Made by a program: the position numbers and the translations under genes. A stretch of 35,499 bases of DNA from Cyanobacteriota bacterium (GTDB taxonomy: Bacteria > Cyanobacteriota > Vampirovibrionia > LMEP-6097). The stretch is taken from positions 1 to 35,499 of the forward strand of contig JBEAYS010000141.1 in NCBI GenBank assembly GCA_041170505.1, read 5' to 3'. Of this stretch, positions 35,189 to 35,499 are shown piece after piece; the first letter of the stretch is position 1; each line of letters begins with the position of its first letter. The notes below the pieces were generated by a model that made no database searches, was not told where the DNA came from, and saw nothing but the letters and a program-made list of their open reading frames with translations.

Positions 35189-35221
35189 ATAGATAAAATA
35201 TCATTTTTTTTAAAAAAATGC

Positions 35222-35249
35222 TAAAGAAACTAGATAATTTGGCCGATAA
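35222..35249 (+). promoter_or_regulatory. sigma28 (FliA/SigD) promoter of flagellin
   Basis: TAAA (35222-35225)-N16-GCCGATAA (35242-35249), a consensus match directly upstream of flagellin. Confidence 0.85.
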
Positions 35250-35318
35250 CTAAATCAGTGAAATTAATACGATTGGTAAATAACCAATATTTGTTTAGTT
35301 CACATTAAGGAGAAAAAA

Positions 35319-35499
35319 ATGTCAATCGTTGTTAATACAAATACCCAGAGTATATTTGCTCAAAGAGCATTAAGTAATAATACATTAAATTTACAAAAGT
35401 CAATCGAGAAGTTATCAACAGGCTCAAAAATCAACAAAGCCGCTGATGATGCTGCAGGATTGAGTATAAGTGAGAAATTAACATCTCAAGTTAGAGGTC
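35319..35499 (+). CDS. fliC: Flagellin, N-terminal part (3' truncated; absent from the ORF track)
   Basis: SD AAGGAG at 35307-35312; translates as MSIVVNTNTQSIFAQRALSNNTLNLQKSIEKLSTGSKINKAADDAAGLSISEKLTSQVRG, the flagellin N-terminal signature. Confidence 0.96.
   Translation, partial: MSIVVNTNTQSIFAQRALSNNTLNLQKSIEKLSTGSKINKAADDAAGLSISEKLTSQVRG

Overview
A compact, AT-rich, mostly housekeeping chromosomal window with no prophage, IS transposase, CRISPR array, rRNA or tRNA that I can see. Several core proteins (DnaX, RpsP, Rph, GerMN) look cyanobacterial in style, yet the window ends in a sigma28-driven flagellin gene. This suggests a non-photosynthetic cyanobacterial relative (Melainabacteria/Vampirovibrionia); the taxonomy is inference only. 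Recognisable genes: photolyase (partial), tsaE, two skp/ompH paralogues, lpxD, rph, a NitT/TauT-type ABC permease and ATPase, an HDOD protein, dnaX, an mlaF-like ATPase, PBP2, gpmI, a PaaI thioesterase, mtnA, ndk, rpsP, a DUF4011 SF1 helicase-nuclease, dapB, ftsQ-like, dapF, an MnmC-type methyltransferase, otsB, a PilB/GspE ATPase, adk, queA, two GT2 glycosyltransferases, bcp and fliC (partial). The most interesting signals are: (1) a ~165-nt structured leader RNA with an anti-Shine-Dalgarno switch before an orphan 76-aa gene and the ABC/HDOD cluster; (2) a 44-bp TTAA-bounded palindromic repeat in 4 copies whose ends supply stop codons; (3) pervasive leaderless-type promoters, including a 20-bp bidirectional one; (4) a membrane-anchored PilP/GspC-like protein with a ~290-aa acidic disordered N-terminus; (5) a tandem LuxR-HTH regulator and a second sigma28-like promoter near the flagellin gene; (6) an Hhe-like helicase-nuclease embedded among core genes. 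All structure and motif calls were made by eye.
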